Positions 9,009 to 18,110 of a stretch of DNA of 32,000 nt are shown piece after piece (the first letter of the stretch is position 1; each line of letters begins with the position of its first letter). The stretch is taken from NCBI GenBank assembly GCA_963692945.1, contig OY843585.1:360001-392000 (forward strand), given 5' to 3'. A program made the translations under genes and the position numbers. The notes under the pieces were generated by a model, which saw only the letters and a program-made list of their open reading frames with translations, was not told where the DNA came from and did no database searches. This DNA is from Bdellovibrionales bacterium (GTDB lineage: Bacteria > Bdellovibrionota > Bdellovibrionia > Bdellovibrionales > UBA1609).

Positions 9009-9607
9009 TAGAAATAATTACGGTTTTCTATAGCTTGACTTAAGGTTTTATCATCTACATATTCTAAATCACTTCCAAAGGGAATGCCACTGGCTAAGCG
9101 AGAGATTTTGAGAGAGGATTCTTGCACCATTTTTACAATATATAAAGCAGTTGTATCTCCTTCAAGATCCGAATCAATGGCCAGAATCAATTCTTTAATC
9201 GGGGATTTTTTTATACGATTTTCTAACTCTGAAAGAGTTAAGTTTTTTGGATGGATATGATTCAAAGGAGATATAGACCCGTGCAGAACATGGTATCGCC
9301 CTTTGAAGACTCCACAATTTTCAATACGGAAAACATCAAAAGGCTGTTCCACAACACATAAAGTGTTAGGGTTACGAGTGGGGTCTTGACAGATAGAGCA
9401 TAAAGATTCTTTTTCTGTAAGGTTAAAACATTCTATACATTTTTTAACCTTGCTTTTCAAATCTACAAGAGATTTAGAAAGTGTTCTTATATCCTTTTCA
9501 TTTGTTTTTAAAAGATGTTGAGCTAATCTTTGTGCACTTCTTGGACCGATACCTGGAAGCTTTTGAAGTTCAAATAAAAGAGATTGTAAAGAAGGAATAG
9601 TCTTCAT
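9008..9607 (-). CDS. recR: recombination protein RecR
   Basis: HhH motif LPGIGPRSAQRLAQHLL, a C4 zinc finger (CxxC...CxxC) and a Toprim region; 199 aa. Confidence 0.95.
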   Translation of the reverse strand: MKTIPSLQSLLFELQKLPGIGPRSAQRLAQHLLKTNEKDIRTLSKSLVDLKSKVKKCIECFNLTEKESLCSICQDPTRNPNTLCVVEQPFDVFRIENCGVFKGRYHVLHGSISPLNHIHPKNLTLSELENRIKKSPIKELILAIDSDLEGDTTALYIVKMVQESSLKISRLASGIPFGSDLEYVDDKTLSQAIENRNYF

Positions 9608-9649
9608 TTTTTAATACTGAATGGGGATAAAGACTTTTGTCAAAATCTT

Positions 9650-11374
9650 CTAATGGGTGTCAGAAGTTTCTTTAGAGACGGATTTAATATTTCCTTGAAA
9701 GACCTCTGTCACATCCTTTATAAAGGGGTCTTCTTGTATTTGTTTTAGAAGAATTTTTTGATCTTGCTCTTTTTTTTCTGTTTTTAAATTCCTATTTGCT
9801 TTTAGGGAGGTTTCAAACTTTATGGATATTTTTGAATCTGTTTGGAGGTATTCATTTAATTTTTGTTCAAGGAATTTGTGAGTCTTTGTATCCGTCAATT
9901 TGTTTTTCATATAAGAAAAAGCTTCAGGAAGTAAGTAAATGTAGCTGGTTTGATTTTTTTCTTTAAAAGATAGGTGTTCAAATAGGGAGCTCAAACCAGA
10001 ATCTACTCCTCTTAAAAAATCTAAAAATCCAAAGTGGTCAAAATCTTTCTTTGTCTTTGAGAGTGTTTTTTCTTTAGAAGGTTCTTTTAGAGGCTGCTCC
10101 TTTGGATTTATTTTGTTTTTAAACTCTTGTTTTAAAGGCTCCACTTGTTTTTTCAAAATCTCTTGAGATTCTATCTCTTGAGATTTTATCTCTTCAGAGT
10201 TTTTTTTTACAACTTCAGGTCTTGTCTTAGAAGGTTTTTCTTCTCCCTCTTTTAAGATGGAGAATGGCAAGATAGATTCTATTCTTGGAGATTGACACAC
10301 TCTCAAAAGTAAGACTTCTAAAACCATTCGGCTTGCAAAGGAAAGGGAAATCTCTTGTTCTCCTTTTAAAAGCATATCAAATAAAAAGTGCAGGTCTTCA
10401 TAGGAGGTTTCAGCACACATTGCTTTTAAGGATTGAATCTCTTGTTTTGAAGTTTGAATCAAAGGCGGTGTATTTTCAGGGTTGATTTTTAAAATCAAAA
10501 GATTCCTTAACCCTTCAATCAAACTTTGTAAAATAAGTTTTGTTTCATTACCTTTAGAGTAAAGGTCTTTTAAAACAGCTAACATTTGTTGTTCATCTCT
10601 TTTAACAATGGATTCTAAACATTTAAAAATAATTTCAGTATCTGTTAAGCCTAGAAGTTCTATGATTTCTTCTTTTGAAATTTTTTCACCACAAAAGGTT
10701 ATGATTTGATCCAGAAGACTTTGAGCATCTCTTAGAGACCCTTCAGATTGCTTTGCAATCAGCCATAAGGCTTCTTCTTCTAAAGGTATTTTTTCTACCT
10801 TACAGATTTTTTCTAAGTGTTCTTTTATAAGTAAAGGGGCAATGAGGTGAAAGTCTAATTTTTGACAACGAGATTCAACAGTTTGTGGAATTTTATGAGA
10901 TTCGGTTGTGGCCATAATAAAAATAACATGGTTAGGAGGCTCCTCTAAAGTTTTTAATAGAGCATTGAAAGCACTGTTAGATAACATATGCACTTCATCA
11001 ATGATATAGATTTTTAACGACCCTTTAGAAGGCATGTAATGAACGGTGTTTCTTAGCTCTCGGATAGCATCCACACCATTGTTGCTAGCTCCGTCAATTT
11101 CTATCACATCTAAACTTTTTCCCTCTTGAATAAGGATGCATTCTTGGCATTGATTGCAAGAGTTGTTGTTCTTTTTTTCAAGACAGCGAAGTGTTTTTGC
11201 TAAAATTCTGGCTGTTGAAGTTTTCCCAGTTCCTCTAGGTCCTGTAAATAAGAGAACAGGATAGAGGCGGTTTTGTTTAAGGGCATTTGTTAAAACCCTT
11301 TGAACAGAGTTTTGTCCAATCAGCTCTTCTAAACTTTGAGGTCTCCATTTACGAGCTAAAACTTCATAGGCCAT
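9650..11374 (-). CDS. dnaX: DNA polymerase III subunits tau/gamma
   Basis: AAA+ clamp-loader motifs GPRGTGKTS, the zinc module CNQCQEC, IIDEVHML and SRCQ. The low-complexity K/E-rich C-terminal half is tau-like. Confidence 0.95.
   Translation of the reverse strand: MAYEVLARKWRPQSLEELIGQNSVQRVLTNALKQNRLYPVLLFTGPRGTGKTSTARILAKTLRCLEKKNNNSCNQCQECILIQEGKSLDVIEIDGASNNGVDAIRELRNTVHYMPSKGSLKIYIIDEVHMLSNSAFNALLKTLEEPPNHVIFIMATTESHKIPQTVESRCQKLDFHLIAPLLIKEHLEKICKVEKIPLEEEALWLIAKQSEGSLRDAQSLLDQIITFCGEKISKEEIIELLGLTDTEIIFKCLESIVKRDEQQMLAVLKDLYSKGNETKLILQSLIEGLRNLLILKINPENTPPLIQTSKQEIQSLKAMCAETSYEDLHFLFDMLLKGEQEISLSFASRMVLEVLLLRVCQSPRIESILPFSILKEGEEKPSKTRPEVVKKNSEEIKSQEIESQEILKKQVEPLKQEFKNKINPKEQPLKEPSKEKTLSKTKKDFDHFGFLDFLRGVDSGLSSLFEHLSFKEKNQTSYIYLLPEAFSYMKNKLTDTKTHKFLEQKLNEYLQTDSKISIKFETSLKANRNLKTEKKEQDQKILLKQIQEDPFIKDVTEVFQGNIKSVSKETSDTH
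10200..10208 (-). other. A9 tract in dnaX (candidate recoding / transcriptional slippage site)
   Basis: Codons 389-392 read GTA AAA AAA AAC, confirmed by the translation VVKKN. This gives an A_AAA_AAA heptamer. The -1 frame gives K-L-TGA and the +1 frame gives T-L-K-R-TAA. Confidence 0.3.
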
Positions 11375-11493
11375 AAATACATCTTTCTATCCTATTCATT
11401 TTAATCCTTTCATTCTTTTGATCGGAAAGATAAAAAATCTTTTCAATCCTATCTTTATTTTAGATAAGAAACAAATGACTAAGAAATAAAAAA

Positions 11494-12375
11494 TTATAAA
11501 TTTTGTTTTTCCAGCCATTGTGAAATTTTAAACCCTGTTCCTTTAGGGATTCGGATACGATGATGATAAATCGTTTTTGGTATAAGGCTTTTTTTCAGTT
11601 CAGGATTTAAGGTTTTCAACTCTGAAAAGGAAAGGCTTGTTTCTTGGCATAATTGTTTTAAATTTAAACCTCCTGGAGCATAAAAAACATCATATCTATA
11701 AGGAAATAAAATAGAAAACTGCGAGAAGCCATAGCGTTCAGGATTTTTCATAATCAAGGTTGCAGCTAGAATTTTTGGAACATAAAGAGCCGTTTCTGAA
11801 GGAAAATCGTGTTTTTTAGCTAGAATCCAAAAATTTCTACTCTTATGTTTTTTTATCAATTTAGCGAGGCGATTTTCTCCCATATTGTAAGCTGCCATAG
11901 TTAAAAGCCAGTCATCAAACTCCTTATAGAGCTTAGAAAGGTAGTTTGTAGCGGCTAGAGTGCTTTTTTCAAAATCTTTTCTTTCATCTAGCCAGTGATT
12001 GACACGAAGTCCATGTTGAGAGGCTGTAGGTTTGATAAACTGCCAGTAACCAACAGCTTTTGCTGAGCTTACAGCTGTAGGAGATAAACTGCTTTCTATA
12101 AGAGTCATATAGACCAACTCTTCTGGAAGAGATTTTTCTCTTAAGATTCTTTTCATCATAGGGAAATAGCGATAAGAACGTTTGAGCCAGATTTTAATAT
12201 AATTGGGTTTTTTATTTTTAACAAAAAAATGAATCCATCTATAAGTTTCATTATTGTAGATGATTGGGAAGGGTTTGATAGGGTTGATTTTTATAGTCTG
12301 TGGCAAGTTTTTTTGATTTTTGGACAGTGCATAACTTGATGAAAAAAAGAAAAAGAGTATTAAACAAGCCTTCAT
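11494..12375 (-). CDS. membrane-bound lytic murein transglycosylase (MltD-like, SLT domain)
   Basis: Signal peptide. SLT catalytic motif LIESSLSP...AVGYWQF plus AAYNMGENRL. The C-terminal segment is LysM-like. Confidence 0.8.
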   Translation of the reverse strand: MKACLILFFFFSSSYALSKNQKNLPQTIKINPIKPFPIIYNNETYRWIHFFVKNKKPNYIKIWLKRSYRYFPMMKRILREKSLPEELVYMTLIESSLSPTAVSSAKAVGYWQFIKPTASQHGLRVNHWLDERKDFEKSTLAATNYLSKLYKEFDDWLLTMAAYNMGENRLAKLIKKHKSRNFWILAKKHDFPSETALYVPKILAATLIMKNPERYGFSQFSILFPYRYDVFYAPGGLNLKQLCQETSLSFSELKTLNPELKKSLIPKTIYHHRIRIPKGTGFKISQWLEKQNL

Positions 12376-12583
12376 ATTATAAAGTATAGATAAAAAATAA
12401 AAAAAGAACAGATTATTTTTATAAGTGTTTTTAAGAAAATCTAAAATTATTTTTTCTTTAGAAAAAAGGTTGACATGTTTTTTTAAAATGTTAATTCTAA
12501 TAATCCTGCCTTGAGATGTCCAAAAATGATCCCACGGTGGTAAAATTTTTTTTAAGTATTGTGTTCTAAAAGGAGGTTATCCA

Positions 12584-12787
12584 ATGTTAGTTTTGACGCG
12601 AAAATCTGGTGAAACCATTACTATTGATGGAGATATTACTATACAAATTATTCAAATTAGAGGTCGGCAAGTTAGAGTGGGTGTTGAAGCTCCTAAGCAT
12701 AAAAAAGTGCAAAGAGGAGAGTTAATCAATCCTTTAAATTCTAAAGAGACTTTTATTTTAGATAGCAACTCACAAAAATCTTTATAA
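12584..12787 (+). CDS. csrA: carbon storage regulator CsrA
   Basis: AAAGGAGG RBS; 67 aa. MLVLTRKSGETITIDGDITIQI...VRVGVEAPKHKKVQRGEL is canonical CsrA. A consensus TTGACA lies at about 12470-12475, but I could not pair it with a convincing -10. Confidence 0.95.
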   Translation: MLVLTRKSGETITIDGDITIQIIQIRGRQVRVGVEAPKHKKVQRGELINPLNSKETFILDSNSQKSL

Positions 12788-12844
12788 ATCATTTGTTTTT
12801 ACAAATAAGGTTAAAAATGAGTGTAATGACACAAGGTTAAGTGT

Positions 12845-13633
12845 ATGAGGCGATTTTGGATTGATCGTTCGTGCTTTCAAGAAGAAAAGATTATTTTAAA
12901 AGGTTCTCTTTTTCATCATATATGTCGTGTTTCTCAAATACAAAAAGGGGAACCTTTTGAGTTGTTTGCAGAAGGGTTGCAAAAATACACAGTTGTTCTC
13001 ACTTCTGTCAGTCACTCTAGAGCCTTTGCTAAAATTGTAGAAACACATCCCGTTCCAAGTTTAGCAAAGCCTTCTATTCATCTCGCTCTTTCTATACCAA
13101 GATTTTCAAAATTAGATTTTATTCTGGAAAAATCTGTGGAATTAGGAGTTAAAGAACTGCATCCCTTTGTTTCTTCTTTGAGCTTTATAAATAAGGCTTC
13201 TCAATTTCCTTTAGCAAAAAAGAAAAGATTACAAAAGATTGTTGAAAGTTCTTTGGCTTTGAGTGGGCGAACAGAAAAACTTGAAATTCATCCTGTTTGT
13301 AACTTGGAAGATATTCAAATTCCTAAAAATCATAGGGCTTTTATGGCCTATGAAGGGGGTGAAGGGGATTCTTTAGCAGAAACGAAGGCCTCTAAAAAGG
13401 GGAACTCTTTTGGTGTGGGGATAAAACAAGTGCTTTCTTTTTTAGAAAAACAAAAAGACTCTTCAGAAGAAGTTTGGCTTTTTATAGGTAGTGAGGGTGG
13501 ATTCACTTTAGAAGAAGCCAAGCGATTCTTTCAATCTGGGGGTTTTGTTGTATCTTTAGGAGAACAGATATTAAGGGTTGAAACTGCTTGCTTGCTTGGC
13601 TTGAGTATTTTAAAATACAACTATCACAATTAA
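12845..13633 (+). CDS. rsmE: 16S rRNA (uracil1498-N3)-methyltransferase
   Basis: RsmE/DUF558 pattern: MRRFWID N-terminus, SIPRFSKLDFILEKSVELGV, IGSEGGFTLEEA and LGEQILRVETA. Confidence 0.85.
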   Translation: MRRFWIDRSCFQEEKIILKGSLFHHICRVSQIQKGEPFELFAEGLQKYTVVLTSVSHSRAFAKIVETHPVPSLAKPSIHLALSIPRFSKLDFILEKSVELGVKELHPFVSSLSFINKASQFPLAKKKRLQKIVESSLALSGRTEKLEIHPVCNLEDIQIPKNHRAFMAYEGGEGDSLAETKASKKGNSFGVGIKQVLSFLEKQKDSSEEVWLFIGSEGGFTLEEAKRFFQSGGFVVSLGEQILRVETACLLGLSILKYNYHN

Positions 13634-13644
13634 GGATTTTAATA

Positions 13645-13815
13645 TTGAAAATACCAGTTTCTAAATTAAGTAGCGAACAACTTGAAACTCTTTTTGAAGA
13701 AAGTCAGTATGTAGAAAAATTCTTTTTTCCTCCAGAGGTTCCTACTGTGCCTGCTTTTAAAGAGGAAGAAGAACTTTTAGTTTTAAAAACAGAAAGCTCC
13801 ATAGAAGATGAATGA
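13645..13815 (+). CDS. small acidic hypothetical protein (56 aa), translationally coupled to menB
   Basis: A TTG at 13645 has AAGGA 8 nt upstream, right after the rsmE stop. The ORF's TGA overlaps the menB ATG (ATGAATGA). No homology recognised. The track's 13588 start overlaps rsmE. Confidence 0.3.
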   Translation: MKIPVSKLSSEQLETLFEESQYVEKFFFPPEVPTVPAFKEEEELLVLKTESSIEDE

Positions 13816-14629
13816 GTCATGGAAAAAAATTAAAGATTTTGAAGATATCAAGTTAGAAAAAACATCGGATGGGATAGGTCGTATCACAATCAATCGTCCT
13901 GAGCTACGAAATGCTTTTCGCCCTCTCACAGTGAAAGAGTTAAAAGAATCTTTTGAGATTTGCAGAGAGGATTCCTCTCTAGGAGTTATTATTTTAAGAG
14001 GAGAAGGGGAAAAAGCTTTTTGTTCAGGAGGAGATCAGAAAGTTCGTGGTTCTGGAGGCTATGTGGATCAAAACGGAATTCCCCGATTAAATATTCTAGA
14101 TGTTCAAAAACAGATTCGCTCTTTACCTAAACCTGTGATTGCTAGTGTGGCAGGTTATGCTATAGGTGGAGGTCATATCTTACATGTTGTTTGTGATATA
14201 AGCATTGCTGCTGATAATGCCCGGTTTGGTCAAACAGGTCCTAAAGTGGGTTCTTTTGACGGGGGGTTGGGTAGTTCCTATTTGTCTCGTATTGTGGGTC
14301 AAAAAAAAGCAAGAGAGATTTGGTTTCTTTGTCGGCAATATTCTGCCAAAGAGGCTTTAGATATGGGATTGGTGAATGCGGTTGTTCCTCTTAAAGATTT
14401 AGAAAAAGAAACCTTAAAATGGTGTCGTGAGATTTTACAAAACTCTCCTATGGCTCTTCGTTGTTTAAAGTATGCTTTGAATGCGGATTGTGACGGTCAA
14501 ATGGGTCTTCTAGATTTTGCAGGGAATGCCACTTTACTTTATTATTTAACAGAAGAAGCCGAAGAAGGAAAAAAAGCTTTTCTAGAAAAACGAAAACCTA
14601 ATTTTTCTAAATTTCCTCGTTATCCTTAA
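13808..14629 (+). CDS. menB: 1,4-dihydroxy-2-naphthoyl-CoA synthase
   Basis: Crotonase fold with MenB-specific stretches [39 protein letters not shown] and a C-terminal KRKPNF. Confidence 0.95.
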   Translation: MNESWKKIKDFEDIKLEKTSDGIGRITINRPELRNAFRPLTVKELKESFEICREDSSLGVIILRGEGEKAFCSGGDQKVRGSGGYVDQNGIPRLNILDVQKQIRSLPKPVIASVAGYAIGGGHILHVVCDISIAADNARFGQTGPKVGSFDGGLGSSYLSRIVGQKKAREIWFLCRQYSAKEALDMGLVNAVVPLKDLEKETLKWCREILQNSPMALRCLKYALNADCDGQMGLLDFAGNATLLYYLTEEAEEGKKAFLEKRKPNFSKFPRYP

Positions 14630-14631
14630 AA

Positions 14632-15510
14632 ATGTTTCACTATTTATCTGCGTTTGTTCAAGGAGCTCGGTTAAAAACTTTACCAGCCGTTATTGTTCCT
14701 GTTGTTATGGCCACCGCTTTGGCTTTTTATAAAGAACATCAATTTGACTTTAAAATTTTTATATTTATTTTAATTTCAGGAGTTTTTTTACAAATGGCTG
14801 CTAATTTTTTTAACGATGCTTTGGATTACCAATTTGGAGGAGATACAAAACTTCGTAAAGGCCCTGCTCGTGTAGCTCAAACCAAGAAACTTCCAATCCG
14901 ATCTATTTTTATTTTTGGATTTCTTTGTGTGGCTATTTCTTTTTTAACAGGATTGGTTCTTGTATTTAAAGGAGGCTGGCCGGTTTTACTTTTTGGTTTG
15001 GTTGCTTTGGTTCTTTCTTATCTTTATACAGGTTACTCTTTTTCTCTTGTCCAAAAAGGCTTAGCTGAATTGGCTGTCTTTTTATTTTTTGGAGGATTTG
15101 CTGTTGGTTTCACTTACTATCTTCAAACTTTAAAATGGGACTACTCCATCATTTATCTAGGTATTCAATGTGGTTTATGGGCTTTATCTCTTCTCTTGGT
15201 TAATTACTTAAGGGATGAAGAAGAGGACAGGTTGTCGGGTAGAAAACACTTGATTACGATTTATGGGAGAACAACAGGCTTACTTGCACTAGCTATCATT
15301 CAATCTTTTATTTATTTGTTATGTTTTTACTGGCTTAATTTGAATATGAAAGGTGGAGCCTTTTCTTTTTTTCTTATTATCCCTTCTGTTTTTTTAATTT
15401 ATTTTATTTGCACCACTCCTCCTTCTTCAAAATACAATCTCTTTCTTTCCTTAACTTCTTTGCTTTATATTTTATTTGGTGGTGTATGGGTTTTAGGGAT
15501 ATTTTTTTAA
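14632..15510 (+). CDS. menA: 1,4-dihydroxy-2-naphthoate polyprenyltransferase
   Basis: UbiA-family polytopic membrane protein with NDALDY and a second Asp-rich region (RDEEEDRLSG). It starts 2 nt after menB. Confidence 0.9.
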   Translation: MFHYLSAFVQGARLKTLPAVIVPVVMATALAFYKEHQFDFKIFIFILISGVFLQMAANFFNDALDYQFGGDTKLRKGPARVAQTKKLPIRSIFIFGFLCVAISFLTGLVLVFKGGWPVLLFGLVALVLSYLYTGYSFSLVQKGLAELAVFLFFGGFAVGFTYYLQTLKWDYSIIYLGIQCGLWALSLLLVNYLRDEEEDRLSGRKHLITIYGRTTGLLALAIIQSFIYLLCFYWLNLNMKGGAFSFFLIIPSVFLIYFICTTPPSSKYNLFLSLTSLLYILFGGVWVLGIFF

Positions 15511-16470
15511 ATGAGAAAGATGCCTTTCTTCAAAAAAAATACTAAAATTTTTATTAGTCCTTACCAGTTAAAGTTTAAAGATAAAAAGAAAAACCCTTCT
15601 GTTTTAGAGGGTGTGCTTATGGCTTTTGATTTTGATTCCAAGTTAAAAGGTTATGCTGATTTTTTACCTTGGACTTCCTATGGAGAAAAAAGTTTAGATC
15701 AGCAATTAGATGACATCACTCAAGGAATAGAATCCAATCGGTTTCAAATGACAAAGAAAAATGCTTGGTTAGATGCTGTGGCTAGGTTTAAAAAACAAAA
15801 CTTATTTTATGGTTTGAAGATGCCACCCAGTCATTTTTTAATTGAAAATCTTTTTTCTTTTTCTGAACAAAAAGATATTTTACGGGGAGGTTATAAATAT
15901 GTGAAAGTGAAATTGAGTCCTCTTGATCTAGATCAACAGATTAAAAAACTCAAAAAGATTGTAGGAGAATTACCAAAGACTATAAAATACAGGTTAGACT
16001 TATATCATCAAAAATGGTCTTTATGGAAAGAACCTCTTCATTTTATGAAGACGCAAATTGATTTTATAGAAGATCCTTTTTTAGATATTCAAAAAATAAA
16101 AGAAGAGGACTGTTCTTTTTTTGCAGAAGATTGGGTCTTTAATAGTCGTTGTAAAATACGAATAGTTAAACCGACAAGAGATTGTCTAGATGGTGTAACT
16201 AAAGAGTTGGCTTTTTCTCGTTGGAAAAGAATAGTGTTCACTCATAGTTTTGATCATCCTTTGGGTCAAGCCACCTCGGCTTATTGGGCGGCTAAATTTT
16301 ATCAAATCCATCCTTCTTTTTTTGAAACTTCTGCTTTAAAATGTTTCGCCTTTGAAGAAAATAATTTTTATTTTCATAATTCAAAAAATCCTTTTTTAGA
16401 GATACCAAAAGGTTTTGGTTTTGGCTTTGATAAATGTCTTCAAGCAGAAAATTGGAAAAGGTTGGTGTAG
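15511..16470 (+). CDS. menC: o-succinylbenzoate synthase (enolase superfamily)
   Basis: KVKL (KxK), RLDLY, IEDP and IVKP positions fit the OSBS/enolase catalytic pattern. The men-operon context supports the call. The sequence is divergent. Confidence 0.65.
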   Translation: MRKMPFFKKNTKIFISPYQLKFKDKKKNPSVLEGVLMAFDFDSKLKGYADFLPWTSYGEKSLDQQLDDITQGIESNRFQMTKKNAWLDAVARFKKQNLFYGLKMPPSHFLIENLFSFSEQKDILRGGYKYVKVKLSPLDLDQQIKKLKKIVGELPKTIKYRLDLYHQKWSLWKEPLHFMKTQIDFIEDPFLDIQKIKEEDCSFFAEDWVFNSRCKIRIVKPTRDCLDGVTKELAFSRWKRIVFTHSFDHPLGQATSAYWAAKFYQIHPSFFETSALKCFAFEENNFYFHNSKNPFLEIPKGFGFGFDKCLQAENWKRLV

Positions 16471-16471
16471 T

Positions 16472-17584
16472 TTGAGTCTTCTTATCAATGAAACTTCTGT
16501 GGATTGGGAATCTTCAAAGAGTTATTATTATTTTAATGAAAATCATCCTCAAGCACAAAAAATCAAAGAACGAGCTTCAAAAATTCCTTTTTTCCCAAGT
16601 TGTATTTATATTTTCACATCAGGAATGCAAAAAATTTGTATTTTATCTAAAGAATCTTTTTTGATATCTGCTCAAGCGGTTAATAAGCATTTAGAATGTG
16701 ATTCAAAAGACAAATGGTTGCTTTCTTTACCTTTGTTTCATGTGGGAGGTCTATCTATTTTGGCTCGTGGCTTTTGTGGAGGATACTCTTCAATTCAAGG
16801 GAGTGCTTGGGAAGCAAAAAAATGGAGGCAAGAAGTGGAGTCTCAAAAAATCACTTTAAGCTCTTTGGTTCCTGCTCAAGTTTATGATCTTGTAAAAAAA
16901 AATTTAAGAGCTCCTAAAAATTTAAGAGCTCTTATTGTTGGAGGTTCTTCACTTTCTTCCAATCTTTATCAAAGAGCGAGAGATTTAAATTGGCCTGTCT
17001 TACCATCTTACGGTTTAACAGAAGCTTGTTCTCAAGTGGCAACAGCTAAGTTGGACTCCTTAAAAACAAAAGAGCCAGCTCAACTTAAAATTTTATCCCA
17101 TATTGAAGTTAAAGAAAAAAAAGATTTGTTTTGGATAAAATCTCCTTGTTTATTAAAAGGATATTTTTATGTAGATACTTTAACTTTTGAAGACCCTAAA
17201 GACAAAGACGGTTGGTTCCAATTGGAAGATAGAGGAGTCAAGCAGGGGGAGTATTTACATATTAAAGGTCGGGGAGAAGAACAGATAAAAATTCTGGGAG
17301 AAATAGTGAATTTAAAAAAACTCTTTGAACTTGTAAAAGAGATCACTTTTTCTTCTTCTTATGATTATGAATTATTAGCTACAACTCATAAAAGACAAGG
17401 TTATGAGTTAAATCTAGTGACCAATTCTTTTCATTTAGAAGAGGTTTTTTCTATTTGTAAAAAATTTAATGAGCAAGTTTTTCCTTACGAAAGATTACAA
17501 AGAATCTACTGTGTAGAAAAGATAGAAAAAGAAACTTTGTTCAAGATTCGGCAAGAAACCCTTCGCCAGCAAATTGGTTTGTAG
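16472..17584 (+). CDS. menE: o-succinylbenzoate-CoA ligase, short form
   Basis: I prefer the TTG at 16472, just after the menC stop, to the track's 16415. Adenylate-forming motifs SYGLTEA and WFQLEDRG...GRGEEQIKILGEIV are present. The P-loop is atypical (FTSGMQKICILS). Confidence 0.75.
   Translation: MSLLINETSVDWESSKSYYYFNENHPQAQKIKERASKIPFFPSCIYIFTSGMQKICILSKESFLISAQAVNKHLECDSKDKWLLSLPLFHVGGLSILARGFCGGYSSIQGSAWEAKKWRQEVESQKITLSSLVPAQVYDLVKKNLRAPKNLRALIVGGSSLSSNLYQRARDLNWPVLPSYGLTEACSQVATAKLDSLKTKEPAQLKILSHIEVKEKKDLFWIKSPCLLKGYFYVDTLTFEDPKDKDGWFQLEDRGVKQGEYLHIKGRGEEQIKILGEIVNLKKLFELVKEITFSSSYDYELLATTHKRQGYELNLVTNSFHLEEVFSICKKFNEQVFPYERLQRIYCVEKIEKETLFKIRQETLRQQIGL
16898..16933 (+). repeat. 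18-bp tandem duplication inside menE (KNLRAP/KNLRAL)
   Basis: AAAAATTTAAGAGCTCCT is followed by AAAAATTTAAGAGCTCTT: one mismatch, in frame. Confidence 0.8.
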
Positions 17585-17610
17585 TTTTGGTTTATTAAGT
17601 GGTGAATCTT

Positions 17611-18018
17611 TTAAGAACGATTGTCTTTTAAAAGAGAAACCCATTTTTTAGGCAGAGGCTTGGACTTGAAGTGCACTCTATCTACACAAACATAAACGGC
17701 TTCTACAATACAACAAACCTCTTCTTTTAAAGTTAAAATTTTATAGGTGAATCCTAAACTGCTTGTCCCGATATGGACTATATGTAGCTCAACAAAATAT
17801 TCTTTTCCAGGGAAAAGAGGTTTTTTGTATTCATTATTCAGTTTTACAACGGGCATGAAAAGGTCCTCATTTTCAAACCAATCCGCCCAAGGAATGCCGA
17901 TGAATGAAATGTATTCTTCCATTACCCTTTGGACAATAATACTGTGTTGCCCGTGAAAAGTTATCCGTGCAGGATCTCCTTGGTCAAAATAGATTTTTAC
18001 TTTTTTTTTGAATGCCAT
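17611..18018 (-). CDS. hotdog-fold (4HBT/YbgC-like) acyl-CoA thioesterase, probable DHNA-CoA thioesterase
   Basis: 135 aa. The N-terminal pattern IYFDQGDPARITFHGQ resembles the 4HBT catalytic Asp region. It is convergent with menE inside the men cluster. Confidence 0.65.
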   Translation of the reverse strand: MAFKKKVKIYFDQGDPARITFHGQHSIIVQRVMEEYISFIGIPWADWFENEDLFMPVVKLNNEYKKPLFPGKEYFVELHIVHIGTSSLGFTYKILTLKEEVCCIVEAVYVCVDRVHFKSKPLPKKWVSLLKDNRS

Positions 18019-18110
18019 TTCATTGAGTTATTTCAAAAAGATATAAAAATCAAGATACTTTTAAGAAATAGTTGACCTCTTTATTTTTCCAGTGAAAGAT
18101 ATCTTCCATT

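Noticed and set aside
11375-11493. Looked for an SRP RNA (ffs) or other ncRNA upstream of dnaX, and for ybaB between dnaX and recR, as found in many bacteria.
   Set aside because: The 119-bp spacer is AT-rich with no conserved SRP helix-8 sequence or stable stems. The dnaX-recR gap is only 42 bp, so no ybaB is present here.
12791-12806. Hairpin ATTTGT-TTTT-ACAAAT after the csrA stop, as a possible terminator.
   Set aside because: It is a 6-bp stem that is mostly A:T (a single G:C pair), with no following T-run, so it is too weak to call. Likewise, the TTGACA at 12470 upstream of csrA lacks a convincing -10, so I did not list a promoter.
13588-13644. The track's 75-aa version of the small ORF, overlapping the rsmE 3' end by 46 nt.
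   Set aside because: There is no RBS. The TTG at 13645, directly after the rsmE stop and preceded by AAGGA, is more plausible. Even that call is low confidence.
18095-18104. 10-bp palindrome AAGATATCTT just upstream of the polyprenyl synthase start, plus two other AAGATA copies in the divergent intergenic region.
   Set aside because: By rough calculation, dozens of 10-bp palindromes are expected by chance in 32 kb at this base composition. There is no regulator gene nearby, so the evidence is insufficient.
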